Part shown: positions 13,789 through 27,739 of the stretch, in pieces
Layout of the letters: each line of letters opens with the position of its first letter
Numbering within the stretch: position 1 is the first letter of the stretch
Assembly: GCF_006345805.1 (NCBI RefSeq)
Contig: NC_042997.1
Location: 43,214,001-43,278,000 of the forward strand
DNA: 64,000 bases
Direction: 5' to 3'
DNA from: Octopus sinensis
Taxonomy: Eukaryota
Translations under genes and position numbers: made by a program
The notes under the pieces: generated by a model
What the model was told of the DNA's origin: nothing
The model's input: the letters and a program-made list of their open reading frames with translations, nothing else
Database searches by the model: none

Positions 13789-13798
13789 CGTGCGTGCG

Positions 13799-13841
<43 letters not shown>

Positions 13842-14322
13842 TGTGCTCAGTTGATTACATTGCTATAACTTGCTAGTTTATTCTTCTTATTGATATCATT
13901 TTCGGTCACAAGGTATCCTCAACTTGCAAAACCTATGAGGAAGCTGTGCACTGCTTCATCGAGCGATGGTGGAGATACTCCTCCCCCCCCCCCACACACA
14001 AGAGTACATTTTAGTACCCTTAACTATCCCTCTTCAGAATACAAATTTCTGACCTTGTGCCAGTTTCAGCAATCTTTATTATTGTCGCTGTAGTTGCGTT
14101 GGATTGGTGTCAGGCAATCTTTATTCGATCAATACCATTTAAAAATAATTCCAGATAAATGTATCTACGAGTACATTATATAGCATGTTCTTTGATTTTT
14201 TAAATAGTATGATATGATTTAAGAATGATTTGATTGCTAATTTAGCATATGAAGTTCCTTCAGTGATTGTGGCTACAAATTATTTCGCTATTTCTTCTTG
14301 TGTCGTTATAGTTAGAACTAAT

Positions 14323-14653
14323 GGAAGCACTTCGTCGGTTACGACGACGAGGGTTCCGGTTGATCCGAATCAACGGAACAGCCTGCTCGTGAAATTAACG
14401 TGTAAGTGGCTGAGCACTCCACAGACACGTGTACCCTTAACGTAGAGAGGTACAACAGAAACAGGAAGTAAGAGTGAGAGAAAGTCGTGGTGAAAGAGTA
14501 CAGCAGGGATCACCACCATCCCCTGCCGGAGCCTCGTGGAACTTTTAGGTGTTTTCGCTCAATAAACACTCACAACGCCCGGTCTAGGAATCGAAACCGC
14601 GATCCTATGACCGCGAGTCCGCTGCCCTAACCACTGGGCCATTGCACCTCCAC
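14323..14653 (-). mobile_element. SINE family A with internal deletion
   Basis: Lacks the ~60 bp middle segment; TSD AGTTAGAACTAAT 14310-14322/14655-14667. Confidence 0.9.
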
Positions 14654-14743
14654 CAGTTAGAACTAATAGCTAAGGAGGAAAGGGAAAAAAACCCCAAAAA
14701 AACCTTAGATGAAATGTTATGAATAAAGTTAAATGAAACTCAC

Positions 14744-14908
14744 CAAATATTCAAACTGTTCTGTTTTAGAGAAGTTTGATAGCTTTGATGCCCTCCTAAA
14801 ATTCTGAAAGTTAGCAATTTCATTGATACATTTTCTCAATCCCAATTCGCAAGCTTTCCTTACCATTGGGTGCATTACAGGAGGCATTGGAAACTGCTGA
14901 TATAATTT
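14744..14908 (-). CDS. Host gene exon 2
   Basis: Acceptor TTTTTTAG|, donor TTG|GTGAGT; 165 nt open, phase 0-0: KLYQQFPMPPVMHPMVRKACELGLRKCINEIANFQNFRRASKLSNFSKTEQFEYL (absent from the ORF track). Confidence 0.75.
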
Positions 14909-14957
14909 CTAAAAAATAAAAATAAAATTGCATGAAATTATTGCTTGAAAAATTATT

Positions 14958-15407
14958 GGATCTTTTCGGTTTGAACGGCAGTTTTTTCTAGCGGTGTCAT
15001 ATGAAATTGTCACCCATAATTATGACCCTAGTATCGATCTATTGCATTTCAATCTGTTTTAGGGTTAGAGTTTGTTAGGGTTAGTTAGGGTTAGGGTTAG
15101 AGTTAGGGGTGGGGGGAAGGGTATCTTTTTTTTCTTCAGAAATGTAAATAAACCCAATCTGTTTCTTAAACGAGGGACATATTCATACGGCACAGAATGT
15201 TTTTTACCTCAATAGACGTCAGTGATTGGTTGAAATTTCAGAAATTGGAGAAAAAAAACAACAAATATCTTACAACCTATAGAATTTTCTCAATAAAGCC
15301 AAGAGAAAAAGATGTTTTATAAACACATTCTACCAGTATACGAAGTTTCAAAGTGTTTAGTTACCTAGAAATTATGTTAAAAACTCCCGTTCAAACCGAA
15401 AAGATCC
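14958..15407. mobile_element. MITE family 1 (GG...CC termini, 8-bp TSD, internal TTAGGG array)
   Basis: TIR GGATCTTTTCGGTTTGAACGG / CCGTTCAAACCGAAAAGATCC; flanks AAATTATT/AAATTATA; second copy at 53744-54157. Confidence 0.88.
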
Positions 15408-15728
15408 AAATTATATTTTTAAGCTAAATAAAAACAAATAGATAAATAAATTCTTTAAAAATTTTGGTGTTTCCATCATTATTGTGGGGTTGCGGTATAG
15501 GCTCAGGAAAAACCGAGGCTGTGATCAGTTTCAATGTCCTTACCATCCATGCCAAACCACTTATATTTCACAATGTATTTATCAATAGAAAAAAATCTTT
15601 AAAGATGTAATTGCATAAGAGCAATAGCAGTGCACACACTCTCATCGAATCTAATGAGTTAGACGTGTCCTAATCGCTCATGAAACTTTAAGCTATGTGG
15701 AGCTGAGTCATACTGTTATTAAACACAC

Positions 15729-15779
<51 letters not shown>

Positions 15780-15782
15780 TTT

Positions 15783-15821
<39 letters not shown>

Positions 15822-15930
15822 TGTGGAGGCGCAATGGCCCAGTGGTTAGGGCAGCGGACTCGCGGTCGTAGGATCGCGGTTTCGATTTCCAAACCGGGCG
15901 TTTGAAAGAAAACACCTAAAAGCTCCACTC
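15822..15930 (+). mobile_element. 5' fragment of SINE family A between (TG)n and (TC)n tracts
   Basis: GTGGAGGCGCAATGGCCCAGTGG head only. Confidence 0.85.
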
Positions 15931-15994
15931 GTGTGAGTGTAAATGTGTGTACTCTCTCTCTCTCTTTCTCTCTTTCTCTTTCTCTCTTTCTCTT

Positions 15995-16043
<49 letters not shown>

Positions 16044-16576
16044 ACGTACACACATAAACACACACACATACACACACACTTGTTTCACCCACCTACATAG
16101 ATGTGCTAGACTAATGCTGGAGATGTGGCCAACCTCTTCATAGTTTTGTGGGAGAAAAAATTCAGGAGGTATTTAGAAAAACAAAACAAAACAATAGCCG
16201 TTATCATGTTCAGCAGATACAGAGACAACATAAACTTTCTGTTTAAGGTCACCCCAAATACAAATACCAAAAAAAAAAAAAAGAAAAGAAAACCTGAAAA
16301 GATAACCACATAAAGCTATGGCAGAGCTAGAATGTGTATCCCACGCGGTAGCCCTTCATTCCATCATCATCATCATCACCCAGGCTTCAAGCCTATTCAA
16401 TCGCACAGTGGACCCAAAAGTGCGAACCCCATAAAAGTATCACCCGGGGCTACCCACCCTCTTACATTCCTCACTTATACTATTGAGGGGTTGCATCTGG
16501 CTCATAGCTAACTCCATCCAGCCAAAGTGTCCAGATGACAACCGACTGCCTGTTCGTGCATACTTCACTACTTGTC

Positions 16577-16912
16577 CCGACGGACTTGGTAAACACCCAC
16601 AAAGTTATCAACCACCTCACCAACAACAACACTGAACACCTTTTTGATCTTCATGTGTCTAACACACGTGGACATGCCTACAAAGTCAGAAAACAACACA
16701 GCTCCCATGACTTTCGGAAACATTTTTTCACGCTCAGAGTTGCTGAAGCATGGAATAAACTGCCTGCGTCAGTTGTTGACTGCCATGACACTGCATCCTT
16801 TAAGGCCCTCATGCTTTCCGAAACCCGCCGAAACTACACCTGATTATATATACACTTTAGATGAGTTGAAGTGCACCTGAGCACTGTACACAATTATTAT
16901 TATTATTATTAT
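16577..16912 (+). mobile_element. CR1-group LINE 3' end
   Basis: TRGHAYKVRK...RKHFFTLRVAEAWNKLPASVV ORF2 C-terminus, short 3'UTR, (ATT)n tail. Confidence 0.85.
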
Positions 16913-17211
16913 ACTGAACTCTGGTTAGAGAAAATAGGTTACAAAATACAGTTCTTTCATTCGTATTATGCGAGACCCATGGCCACCGAATACTTAGTCC
17001 ATAAGAACTCCGTGATGCCCGAGAGCATTAAAATAAATATTATAGAAGTCTTAAAAAGGGGAGTAAATAACATAGCCCCTTTTGCGCCAATGGATAGAAT
17101 AAGGGTGTATGGGAGAGGCGGCTAAGAAGAGTTTAGAAAGCATACAAATCATGAATAGTCGGGAGATAATTAGTAAGTTAGACTCGTAGTGAAATATTTA
17201 GATGCGGGCGC

Positions 17212-18505
17212 GGCGGCGAGCTGGCAGAAACGTTAGCACGCCGACGAAATGCTAAGCGGTATTTCGTCTGCCGCTACGTTCTGAGTTCAAATTCCGCCGA
17301 GGTCGACTTTGCCTTTCATCCTTTCGGGGTCGATTAAATAAGTACCAGTTACGCACTGGGATCGATATAATTGACTTAATCCCTTTGTCTGTCCTTGTGT
17401 GTCTCCTCTGTGTTTAGCCCCTTGTGGGTAGTAAAGAAATAGGTATTTCGTCTGCCGCTACGTTCTGAGTTCAAATTCCGCCGTTAGCTCAAATTCCTCT
17501 GCTGAGTTCAAATTCGTGCTCGATAAATTAAGTACCAGTTGCGTATTGCGGTCGATCTAATCAACCGGCCCCCTCAACAAAAATTTCGGGCCTTAGCTTA
17601 AAGTAGAAAAAAATATTCAAAGAAGGCGGCGAGCTGGCAGAATCGTTAGCACACCGGGCGAAATGTTTAGCGGTAATTCTTTTGTCTTTACGCTCTGAGT
17701 TCAAATTCCGCCGAGGTCGACTTTGCCTTTCATCCTTTCGGGGTCGAAAAATTAAGTACCAGTTACGCACTGGGGTCGATGTAATCGACTTAATCCGTTT
17801 GTCTCTCCTTGTTTGTACCCTCTAGGTTTAGCCCATTGTGGGCAATAAAGAAATAAGAATCGTTAGCACACCGGGCGAAATGCTAAGCGGCATTTCATCT
17901 GTCCCTAACCCTAACCTTGTGTCTATAGTAGAAAGGATTATTAATATTCAGAGTGCGCGGCAATCTGACAGAATCGTTAGCAGGCTGGGCAAAACGCTTA
18001 GCGGCATTTTGCCCCACTTTACGTTCAAATTCCACCGCGGTCGACTTTGCCTTAAGAAAATAAGTATCAATTATTTGATAAAATAAGTATCAGTTGAGCA
18101 CTGGGTTCCATGTATTCGACTGACCCCTTCTCATTCATAAGGCAGCAAGCTACTAAATCGTTAGCAAGATGGACAAAAATACTAAGCGGCATTTTGTCTG
18201 ACTTCATGTTCTGAGTTCCGTCGAGGTAGGCTTTGCTTTTCATTCTTTCGTGGTCGATTATAAATAAGTACCAATTAAGTACTAGGGTCGATGCAATCGA
18301 CTTCCTCCTTGCCTGAAAATTTCAGGCCTTATACCTATAGTAGAAAGAATTACTCATATTTAATCATTAATTCTATCAAGGTCAACTTTGCCTTTCATTC
18401 TTTTGGGGGTCGATTAAATAAGTACCAGTTGAGCTCTGGGGTCGATGTAATCGGCTTGACCCTCTCGCCTGATATTGCTGGTCTTCTGCCAACATTTGAA
18501 ACCAA
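17212..18505 (+). mobile_element. Co-oriented cluster of about seven full or partial SINE family C copies
   Basis: Repeated AATCGTTAGCA, GAGTTCAAATTCC and AAGTACCAGTT...GGGGTCGAT motifs. Confidence 0.85.
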
Positions 18506-19165
18506 TATTCAGTCGTTAAATCCCAAATTCCTTAACTCAAAGCCCTTCAATACTTAAGCCTTTCACTGCCGAATGGAGTAGGGACCATTAACAGCCCCCC
18601 CCCCCTATTCTCAACTCGAAACTCTCCTCTCCCAGGTCGTGTTAGTTTTATGTTGTCATTGATATCTCTGTAATTCTACTTTTCTATGTAGAGGCGTTGG
18701 CCCAAGGAAAACCCATTCTTTGCATTTGGGAAGATGCGATCCATATCATAGTCTGGCCTCTATTCTTTGACCTGTTCACTATGGGAAGCACTACCAAAAG
18801 CTTGTGTTCCACTGCAACAGCTTTCAGGATCATTGAGTTACGCGCAAGCCTCCCCACCACAACAAGGTCTGGGCCTGATGAACTTCGTCATGACTTTCTT
18901 TATTAAGCATTTTTTTCGAGGAATGATTAAAATACGGCATATAAGCCACAACACCGCTGCAAGGACAGGGTATTGTGGTGACCTAAATCCTACGCTTTAC
19001 TGTAATTTTATGGTGAGGAAATTACAATATTATTCGATAACTAATTATATGGCAATTATTCCGTGGTATGGGAGACAACTCTAGATATGTTTGGGTCATA
19101 ACATTACCGTTCTTGTAATACCAACATCGTGAGTAGTAATTGGATTAGCCAAAGTACGAGTAGTG

Positions 19166-19678
19166 TTGTGAATCCTCGAGTATAATCCGCATTTTCCCAC
19201 CAAAATTTAACGGTCAAAATCCCTAGTGCGTACTATATACGAGGTTAAAAATGAAAATTATTTTCTAAGCAATGTCCGAGTCTCTATTTGCTGTCCGGCA
19301 ATGTTTATTCAGACGCATTTTGTGATATCGGGCACAAAAATACCTTAAACTAAGCCTAAAAGCAATGCAGTCATAAAAGAATCATCCATAACTTGCAATA
19401 AGCAAAATTTATTAAACGTTATTACTGTTATTTCTTTATTTTCTGCAAATAAAATGCACAAAAAATGTACACGTTTGCATTATGTTATATATACAATAAT
19501 AAACATAGGACGTTACCGTATACAGTTTTACAAACGAAGGACGTTATATAGACCTCCTTGACTCAAGTTAGAGAAAGGGTGCGTATTATACACAAGGTTT
19601 AGGTTTTTCAGCGGTACAGCCCCCTAAAAATCCCCTGCGTATTATACTCAAGGGCGGACTATACTCGAGGATTTACGG
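19166..19678. mobile_element. Non-autonomous Tc2/pogo-like TIR element
   Basis: AATCCTCGAGTATAATCCGC (left) vs GCGGACTATACTCGAGGATTTACGG (right). Confidence 0.75.
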
Positions 19679-20034
19679 GATTCGTCATTAATATTGCACT
19701 TTGCCCGATGGAAGTGTGGTTAAGTAGTCCGTCATTTCTTTGTTTTGTTTTTTTTTTGTTACTTTTTTATTTGTAACCATATGGTTTACATTTGATCTTA
19801 CTATACGGTATATTGTGCACTATGAAGTAGTCTAATAAACCGACAACACGCCTCTCCCTTTATAAAACAACAGCCATTTAAATTTACATCGCACTTATTT
19901 CTCAAAAATATCAGTTATCTAATCTTATTCGAGTTATTTCCCTTGCTTTATTCTTCTATCAAAACATTTATGAATGGAAACTCTGCAATGGAAAATTGCG
20001 TTGCATTTGTCCGTGGTACATCATGTGTGTATGT

Positions 20035-20770
<736 letters not shown>

Positions 20771-21469
20771 ATGTGAAGAAACAAAAGACCTGGTAATTCA
20801 ATCCGCAAACATGACTCCGATTAGAGATGGATTTAAAGGACAAATGTATAAGATAGAATAAAAGTATATAAATACACAGACATTTTTTAAAAATCTATAA
20901 ATAACTAAATTAATTAATTAAAAATATGTGTGTAAATTCATAGATTTTTAAAAATCGCTGGGATGGAGAGATAAAAAACATTAAAACATGCGTGCATAGG
21001 TAAAAATATTGGAGAAAGTCTGAAGTGGTGATGGAAGCGAACTAAAAGATACAAGGAGGAGCGAGGTTAAAATTCGGGATAGTTAAAATTAGTTAAAGTA
21101 GGGTACCAACGGCCGTTTTGGGGGGTTCATTGCGGAAAAATAAAGCGTACCTATTATTTGGCAATTCCACCTTCTTCAGGGTAACCGGTTTTCCATGACG
21201 AATTGATTTTATTACGGCCATAAAGGCCTAAACATAGAGGGAACAGACATGGAGTCAGGAGTGATTCGCCCTCGAATGATTAAGTGGATGATTTTTTAAA
21301 AAATATAACAAGAATAATGAAAAAGCAAAAAAGCATGAAGTGATAAATGGGTATGACCCCACTGACCACGATCCATCACTGATCCTTTCGTGATATCTTT
21401 TGTCTTCTCTTAACTTGGCACATTCACTCTCAGCATATGTGCCACTTTTTCCCATCTTTTCTCGAATAT

Positions 21470-24210
21470 ACTCAATGACAAGCAACTCCTTTCCAGCCTC
21501 ACATTCCTCTTGAGTTGGGAAACCAAAAAGCTTACCAACCCCCGACTGGAGATGAAGTTGCCTGTCCCTGTTCCTTTCATGCGCGACTTCCACACCACCT
21601 CTTTTCCAATCGCTACTACAGTAAGAAAACAGACCTTCCCCTCCCTTTCAAGGAGGCTGGAGGAACAATCTTTATGATCGACTCGGAAGACAACTGTACT
21701 CTTCCTAAACACGACAGTAGTTGTTCGACAAAAACCCACAACTCCAATAACCTCGGACACTGCACAATAGCGTGCAGAACAGTTCCACTGCTCCGCTTGC
21801 ATCTTGGGCAAGTGGGCTGGCATGGAATGTCGTACTTGGCGAGTTTACCCCGAGCAGGTAATGGCTCCTCGGTAACATTGCCAAGCCAGAGACCGATGAA
21901 AATTATCCAAAGGCCCCGGACAAATGTCCTTCGGAACAAACCAACACCCCAGATCATCGTCATGCTTTTCCCCAGCCAGTCTCCTATAGAATTACGAGGT
22001 AGCACCCCCACCACCGGCATTACCCGTCCGGTAGAGAAAGGCGAGTGCCCGCCGACATTCGGCCTGCCACACACCCAACTTAGGTCTACGTTTTATCCAC
22101 GGTTCCAATCCACCGAAACCAGTGAATCGAGGAAGAATCAGTTTGACGAATGGAGACCACACCCACTCACTTTCCAGGTAGAGCCAGAGATGCCTCAGCC
22201 CCAACGCATGTCTGCGCATCATTAGTCATGGCATTCCTAGCCCACCCGTTAGCAGCTGTTGGCAACCGACAGAGCACCTTACAAGTGGAGCCCTGCCCCT
22301 CCACAAAAAGGGGAAGAGCATCCGTTCCATCTTGATTAGCCACGAATCGGGACAAGACACGACGGTCAGGCGGTAAGTAATCACAGATGCGGTAAGCACA
22401 TTTGCAACCTCAGCCTTCCCTTTCAGGGATAGCCACCGCTCAGACCAGGTCTGAGTTAGGTTGGCCACTCTGCTCGCCACCTCGCTCCAATTCTTCTCTA
22501 TCTGGAGGTCCGGACCGAACCAGACCCCTAGCAATTTAACCCCCACCCCTGTCCAACGATCGACGACGTTGTTAGGAGGTATTGACTTGCCTCTGTAGGT
22601 GCCGAGTTGCAAGCCGACTGACTTATCCCGATTAATTTTTGCCTCGCCTACTCTGAAGGTGGTCCACCTCCAACACGATGATGGTGATTTCGTCCGCATA
22701 CGCTATAACCGATCTTCCACAACCGAGATCACGCTGAGCGTCCCTCATACCCCCCACTGCCACTGTAATGGCTCCAGAGCCAACACATACAGAAGGGGGC
22801 GGGGAGAAGGGACATCCTTGACGCGCCGAACGTTTGATGGAGAACGGTTTCGAGAGGAAATTGTTCACCCAAACTACCGAATCGATGTCGCCATACAAAG
22901 CAATGATCCAATTCCGAAAGGTCGGGCCAAGCCCAACCGCCGCGAGGACCGACACCACACACCGATTGTCAACCCTATCGAAAGCTTTCGATTGGTCTAA
23001 ATGGACCAGTGTCCCACCCTTGCCAGGAAGCCTATTTACCCTCTCTAGACAGCACCCTCTTTCTGGTTCACAGATCTGGATATAAAGACGTTCTTCTGCC
23101 AGTTGGTGTAGACGCATGCCAGCAGGGGCCCAAACAAGCCTGGCATTCTGAAATAAAGCTCATATGGAAAACCATCCAGTCCCGCCGCAATCCGGCAAAG
23201 CCTCCTCCACTCCGCAGCCGTATTCGACCCTTCCCAACACTCCACTTCCCGCCACGAGAGGCGCGGCACGTCGGTAAAGAAGTCCGTGAGATCCCTCATG
23301 CGCTCCGGCCCACCGTCCCTCCCGAACAGCTGGGTGAAATGCTCCTGAAAAACCTTACACATCTCCTCGGGTTCATCTATCGTTGATCTGTCAAAGACCT
23401 AATTGTGACATCATTGCCACGTTGAGTCTCTACTACACGGGACCAACCTTTCCTTCCCTTGCACGTAGCCTAGATCTGACAAGGCATCCCTCGTGTTTGG
23501 TCTCAGGGTGCTGGTTTAGCGCCTATCACGCAGCCATCACTTGGGACGCATTGCCAGTCCTCAATGCCACATCTAGTGCCTTAACTAGATCCCTTTCTAT
23601 TCTATTCTATTCTATTCTTCTTGCGTGCTAGCTCTTTGCTAAACCTAACCGACTCAAACTTGATGACTCTTTTGAGGGCCATCTAACATCTGTTATTAAT
23701 AATGGCGCCGGTTAAAGCCTTCATGACTAGTTGTCTTATCCGACTCCTATACTCCTCATAGTCCAAGAGAGACTTGTTGAGTTTCCAGTAGCCGGGCCCT
23801 GTCTACGTACTCTATCTAAGTCTAGTCTACAGGTCACATATTTGTGATCGCTGTAGCAGACATAGGGAAATTGTGGGCAGCTGGCTAACTCTTTTTCATT
23901 ACGTCTAACTACAATTCCATCTAAGTACGACCTAGAAGGTCCGTCGCTATTAGTCCAAGTCCACACTGAAGCGTCCGGATATTCTAGTCTGTATCGAACT
24001 GCCAGCTGAAAACAATTGAGCAGATCGCTGAGGCTTGATTTACTCTTCCTATCTGGGTTCGAGCCAACGCAATCTACGCATACATCGCAGATTGTGTTTA
24101 AGTCGCCCAACACCACTAAAAATTGTGACGTTCCTAGAAAAATTTCTAGGCTTCGAAAATAATCGGATTGCCCCGCTCTACAAGGAACGTATACAGCTAC
24201 CAACCTGTGT
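21470..24210 (-). mobile_element. Decayed Tx1/L1-clade non-LTR retrotransposon ORF2 (APE + RT + zinc-binding domain)
   Basis: APE motifs AVYVP, LGDLN, WTW, SYLD, SDH; RT motifs GLDGFPYELY, LDQSKAFDRV, RQGCPFSP, AYADEIT; CPRC...HAIVQC; many frameshifts. Confidence 0.9.
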
Positions 24211-24532
24211 GTGTGTGTGATAACGTGGATATACTGTAGGAAAACTGCAATACTGTTGTATTCGCCTTGAGACAGCATCTTGTATAGACGTATAGTACTA
24301 AAAAGCAGAGAAATATCAATAGCAGGTGAAAAGTATCCGGCAGTGGCGGTGAAAGTGCTAGATCCGGGATTTCTACGTTTTTGCACGTCGTCGGTGGTGA
24401 GTATCCACTATCAACCGTTTGCTTTGACAAATTTTGTCTCTGTTCATATAGAAAAACTGATTAACAAATTCTTAGCTGTAGAGTAACTTTTCGTCTGCTC
24501 CTGATACTTTTGTGCGTGTTAGCACTATATAT

Positions 24533-24948
24533 TCTATTATTCTTTTATTCTTTAACTTGTTTCAGTCATTTGACTGCGGCCATGCTGGACACCGCCTTCA
24601 GTCGAGCAAACCGACCCCAGGACTTATTCTTTGTAAGCCTAGTACTTATTCTATCGGTCTATTTTGCCGAACCGTTAAGTTACGGGGTCGTAAACACACC
24701 AGCATCGGTTGACAAGCGATGTTGGGGAGACAAACACAGACACACAAACATATACACAGACATACATAAACATATACATATATACGACGGGCTTCTTTCA
24801 GTTTCCGTCTACCATATCCACTCACAAGGATTTGGTCGGCCCGAGGCCATAGTAGAAGACACTTGCCCGAGGTGCCACGCAGTGGGACTGAACCCGGAAC
24901 CATGTGGTTGGTAAACAAGCTACTTACCACATAGCCACTCCTACGCCT
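24533..24948 (-). mobile_element. SINE family B
   Basis: Full-length homology including internal (TA)/(TG) tract and GACTGAAACAAG tail. Confidence 0.9.
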
Positions 24949-25356
24949 ACATATACTAGAGATATTTTTTCGAGACGAATACGGCAGTATTCTGGCTCTC
25001 CGACATTATATTCACGTTCTATATTGATATTGCTTCTATTGCTAATAACGAAGGAATGAATGATACAGGGGTGTTAGTGGGAGAGTTGTTGTTGTTGTTG
25101 TTTGTGGTGGTGGGAGTGAAGATGACGTGTGGTGGTGATGGTGACTTGTTTCTACTGTTGCTGCTATGTACAGTGACAAGATTCCCCTCTGGGGACACCG
25201 ATTTATAGTTAGATAACCTGCCTCATGCGATTAACAGACACATTAGGATACGCCAGTGAAGCGAGAACCAGCAGACTTCTTCTCTATCGAATCTATCATG
25301 TGTGACTCTAACGTTAAAGATTTCGCTAGCGTTTTATTGAAATTTCATTGTTACTA

Positions 25357-25768
25357 CTCTCTTTCTCTCTCTTTTACTTGTTTCAGTCATTTGACTGCGG
25401 CCATGCTGGAGCACCGCCTTTAGTCGAGCAAATCGACCCCGGGACTTATTCTTTGTAAGCCCAGGACTTATTCTATCGGTCTCTTTTGCCGAACCGCTAA
25501 GTAACGGGGACGTAAACACACCAGCATCGGTTGTCAAGCAATGCTAGGGGAACAAACACAGACACACAAACACACACACACATACATATATATATACATA
25601 TATACGACAGGCTTCTTTCAGTTTCCGTCTACCAAATCCACTCACAAGGCATTGGTCGGCCCGGGGCTATAGCAGAAGACAATTGCCCAAGGTGCCACGC
25701 AGTGGGACTGAACCCAGAACCATGTGGTTGGTTAGCTAGCTACTTACCACACAGCCACTCCTGCGCCT
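25357..25768 (-). mobile_element. SINE family B
   Basis: Full-length homology. Confidence 0.9.
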
Positions 25769-25774
25769 ACTAAT

Positions 25775-25809
<35 letters not shown>

Positions 25810-25952
25810 CAGACCTTAACAGTTCACAGTCTGGAGTTCCAAAGGATTATATTCCCAATAGAGTTGTAGACGTGGTTGTTAAACGACAATGATAAGCTTT
25901 GTACTTCGCGACGATCTAGTCGACCTTGCTACAAGAACTACCTATTGGCATT

Positions 25953-26115
25953 AGCGCAGGAGTGGCTGTGTGGTAAGTAGCTTGCTTACCAACTACATGG
26001 TTCCGAGTTCAGTCCCACTGCGTGGCACCTTGGGCAAGTGTCTTCTACTATAGCCTCGGGACGACCAAAACCTTGTGAGTGGATTTGGTAGACGGAAACT
26101 GAAAGAAGCCCATCG

Positions 26116-26154
<39 letters not shown>

Positions 26155-26378
26155 CTATGTGTTTGTGTGTCTGTGTTTGCCCCCCCCCCCCCCAACATCG
26201 CTTGACAACCGATGCTGGTGTGGTTACGTCCCCATCACTTAGCGGTTCGGCAAAAGAGACCGATAGAATAAATACTAGATTTACAAAGAATAAGTCCTGG
26301 GGTCGAATTGCTCGACTAAAGGCGGTGCTCCAGCATGGCCGCAGTCAAAAGACTGAAACGAGTAAAAGAGTAAAAGAG
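25953..26378 (+). mobile_element. SINE family B
   Basis: Full-length homology, (GTAAAAGA)n tail. Confidence 0.9.
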
Positions 26379-26557
26379 ACTACTATCCAAATAATGCTCG
26401 CAGACTCGTGCAGATACGCCACTGTCATCGGCATTATGTTTTTAAGTAAATGTGAAGAGCACAATTTTCTAATCACCATCACATTATTCCGACAAGGAAA
26501 CAGAGTGTTGCTGACAACATCCAGAATATTAAAAAAAACTGGTGTATGTTTGACTAT

Positions 26558-26941
26558 GGGAAGCACTCCGTCGGTTACGACGACGAGGGTTCCGGTTGAA
26601 CCGAATCAACGGAACAGCCTGCTCGTGAAATTAACGTGTAAGTGGCTGAGCACTCCACAGACACGTGTACCCGTAACGTAGTTCTCGGGGATATTCAGCG
26701 TGACACAGAGAGTGACAAGGCCGGCCCCTTGAAATACAGGTACAACAGAAACAGGAAGTAAGAGTGAGAGAAAGTTGTGGTGAAAGAGTACAGCAGGGAT
26801 CACCACCATCCCTGCCGGAGCCTCGTGGAGCTTTAGGTGTTTTCGCTCAATAAACACTCACAACGCCCGGTCTGGGAATCGAAACCGCGATCCTATGACC
26901 GCGAGTCCGCTGCCCTAACCACTGGGCCATTGCGCCTCCAC
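26558..26941 (-). mobile_element. SINE family A
   Basis: TSD ATGTTTGACTAT 26546-26557/26942-26953. Confidence 0.92.
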
Positions 26942-27351
26942 ATGTTTGACTATAGCATCGCAGGGATCCGAGATTGCAAGGATGTGTTCTTAACGGCAGT
27001 GCTTAAATGATAAACTGTCATCAGTTTGACGAAATGGGACGCTATTGATAATACGTGGCATGCTCCACTGGCGAGTATCTCTGGAGTTTGTCAGGAGTGC
27101 TTGGGTTTAATGACAAAAAAAAAGAATTGGTTTGGTAAGAGCAACGTCCAAATAAAGCAGTTACAGAAAGAGAGCAGCTTTTCATGCTAATGTAAACGAG
27201 AATAAGAATGAGCGCAAAAGCAAAGCTTATCAGCAAGCAGAGATTGACGTCCTGACACAAGTACGTATAATGAAATACTATCGATGACAAACCAAAGCAC
27301 TAGAAATTCAGGAACTGACTGTATGACATAAGATGAGACTAAAAATCTATT

Positions 27352-27739
27352 AAGCATTAATAAATCTCCGAACGAGATGTAAACAGTAACCGCTCGACAA
27401 CGTAAAGTGTACTAGCCATCTGAATGTGGCCATCCACTGGGGGTGGGTGTTACTGACGCTTGTAGCCCCAGGAGATCGACTTCTCCAGCTGGCCTTAGAC
27501 ACAATTTCTGTGCCCTTATGATATTTACCATACGTTGACGAGAGGCAAAAACCTTGAAACTATAGTCCGTATGTATCACTTAGGTTTTCGAGGGAGGACG
27601 ACCTCCCTTTGCAAATATCATAAGGGCACAGAAATTGTGTCTAAGGCCAGCTGGAGACGTCGATCTCCTGGGGCTAAAAGCGTCAGTAACACCCACCCCC
27701 AGTGGATGGCCACATTCAGATGGCTAGTACACTTTACGA
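27352..27739. mobile_element. Fold-back insertion with ~125-bp inverted arms (27401-27526/27614-27738) flanked by a 12-bp direct repeat
   Basis: CGTAAAGTGTACTAGCCATCTG... vs ...CAGATGGCTAGTACACTTTACG; TAAAAATCTATT at 27340-27351 and 27740-27751. Confidence 0.8.

Noticed and set aside
15058-15122. Telomere or chromosome-fusion relic
   Set aside because: Short TTAGGG runs lie inside TIR elements repeated elsewhere in the window.
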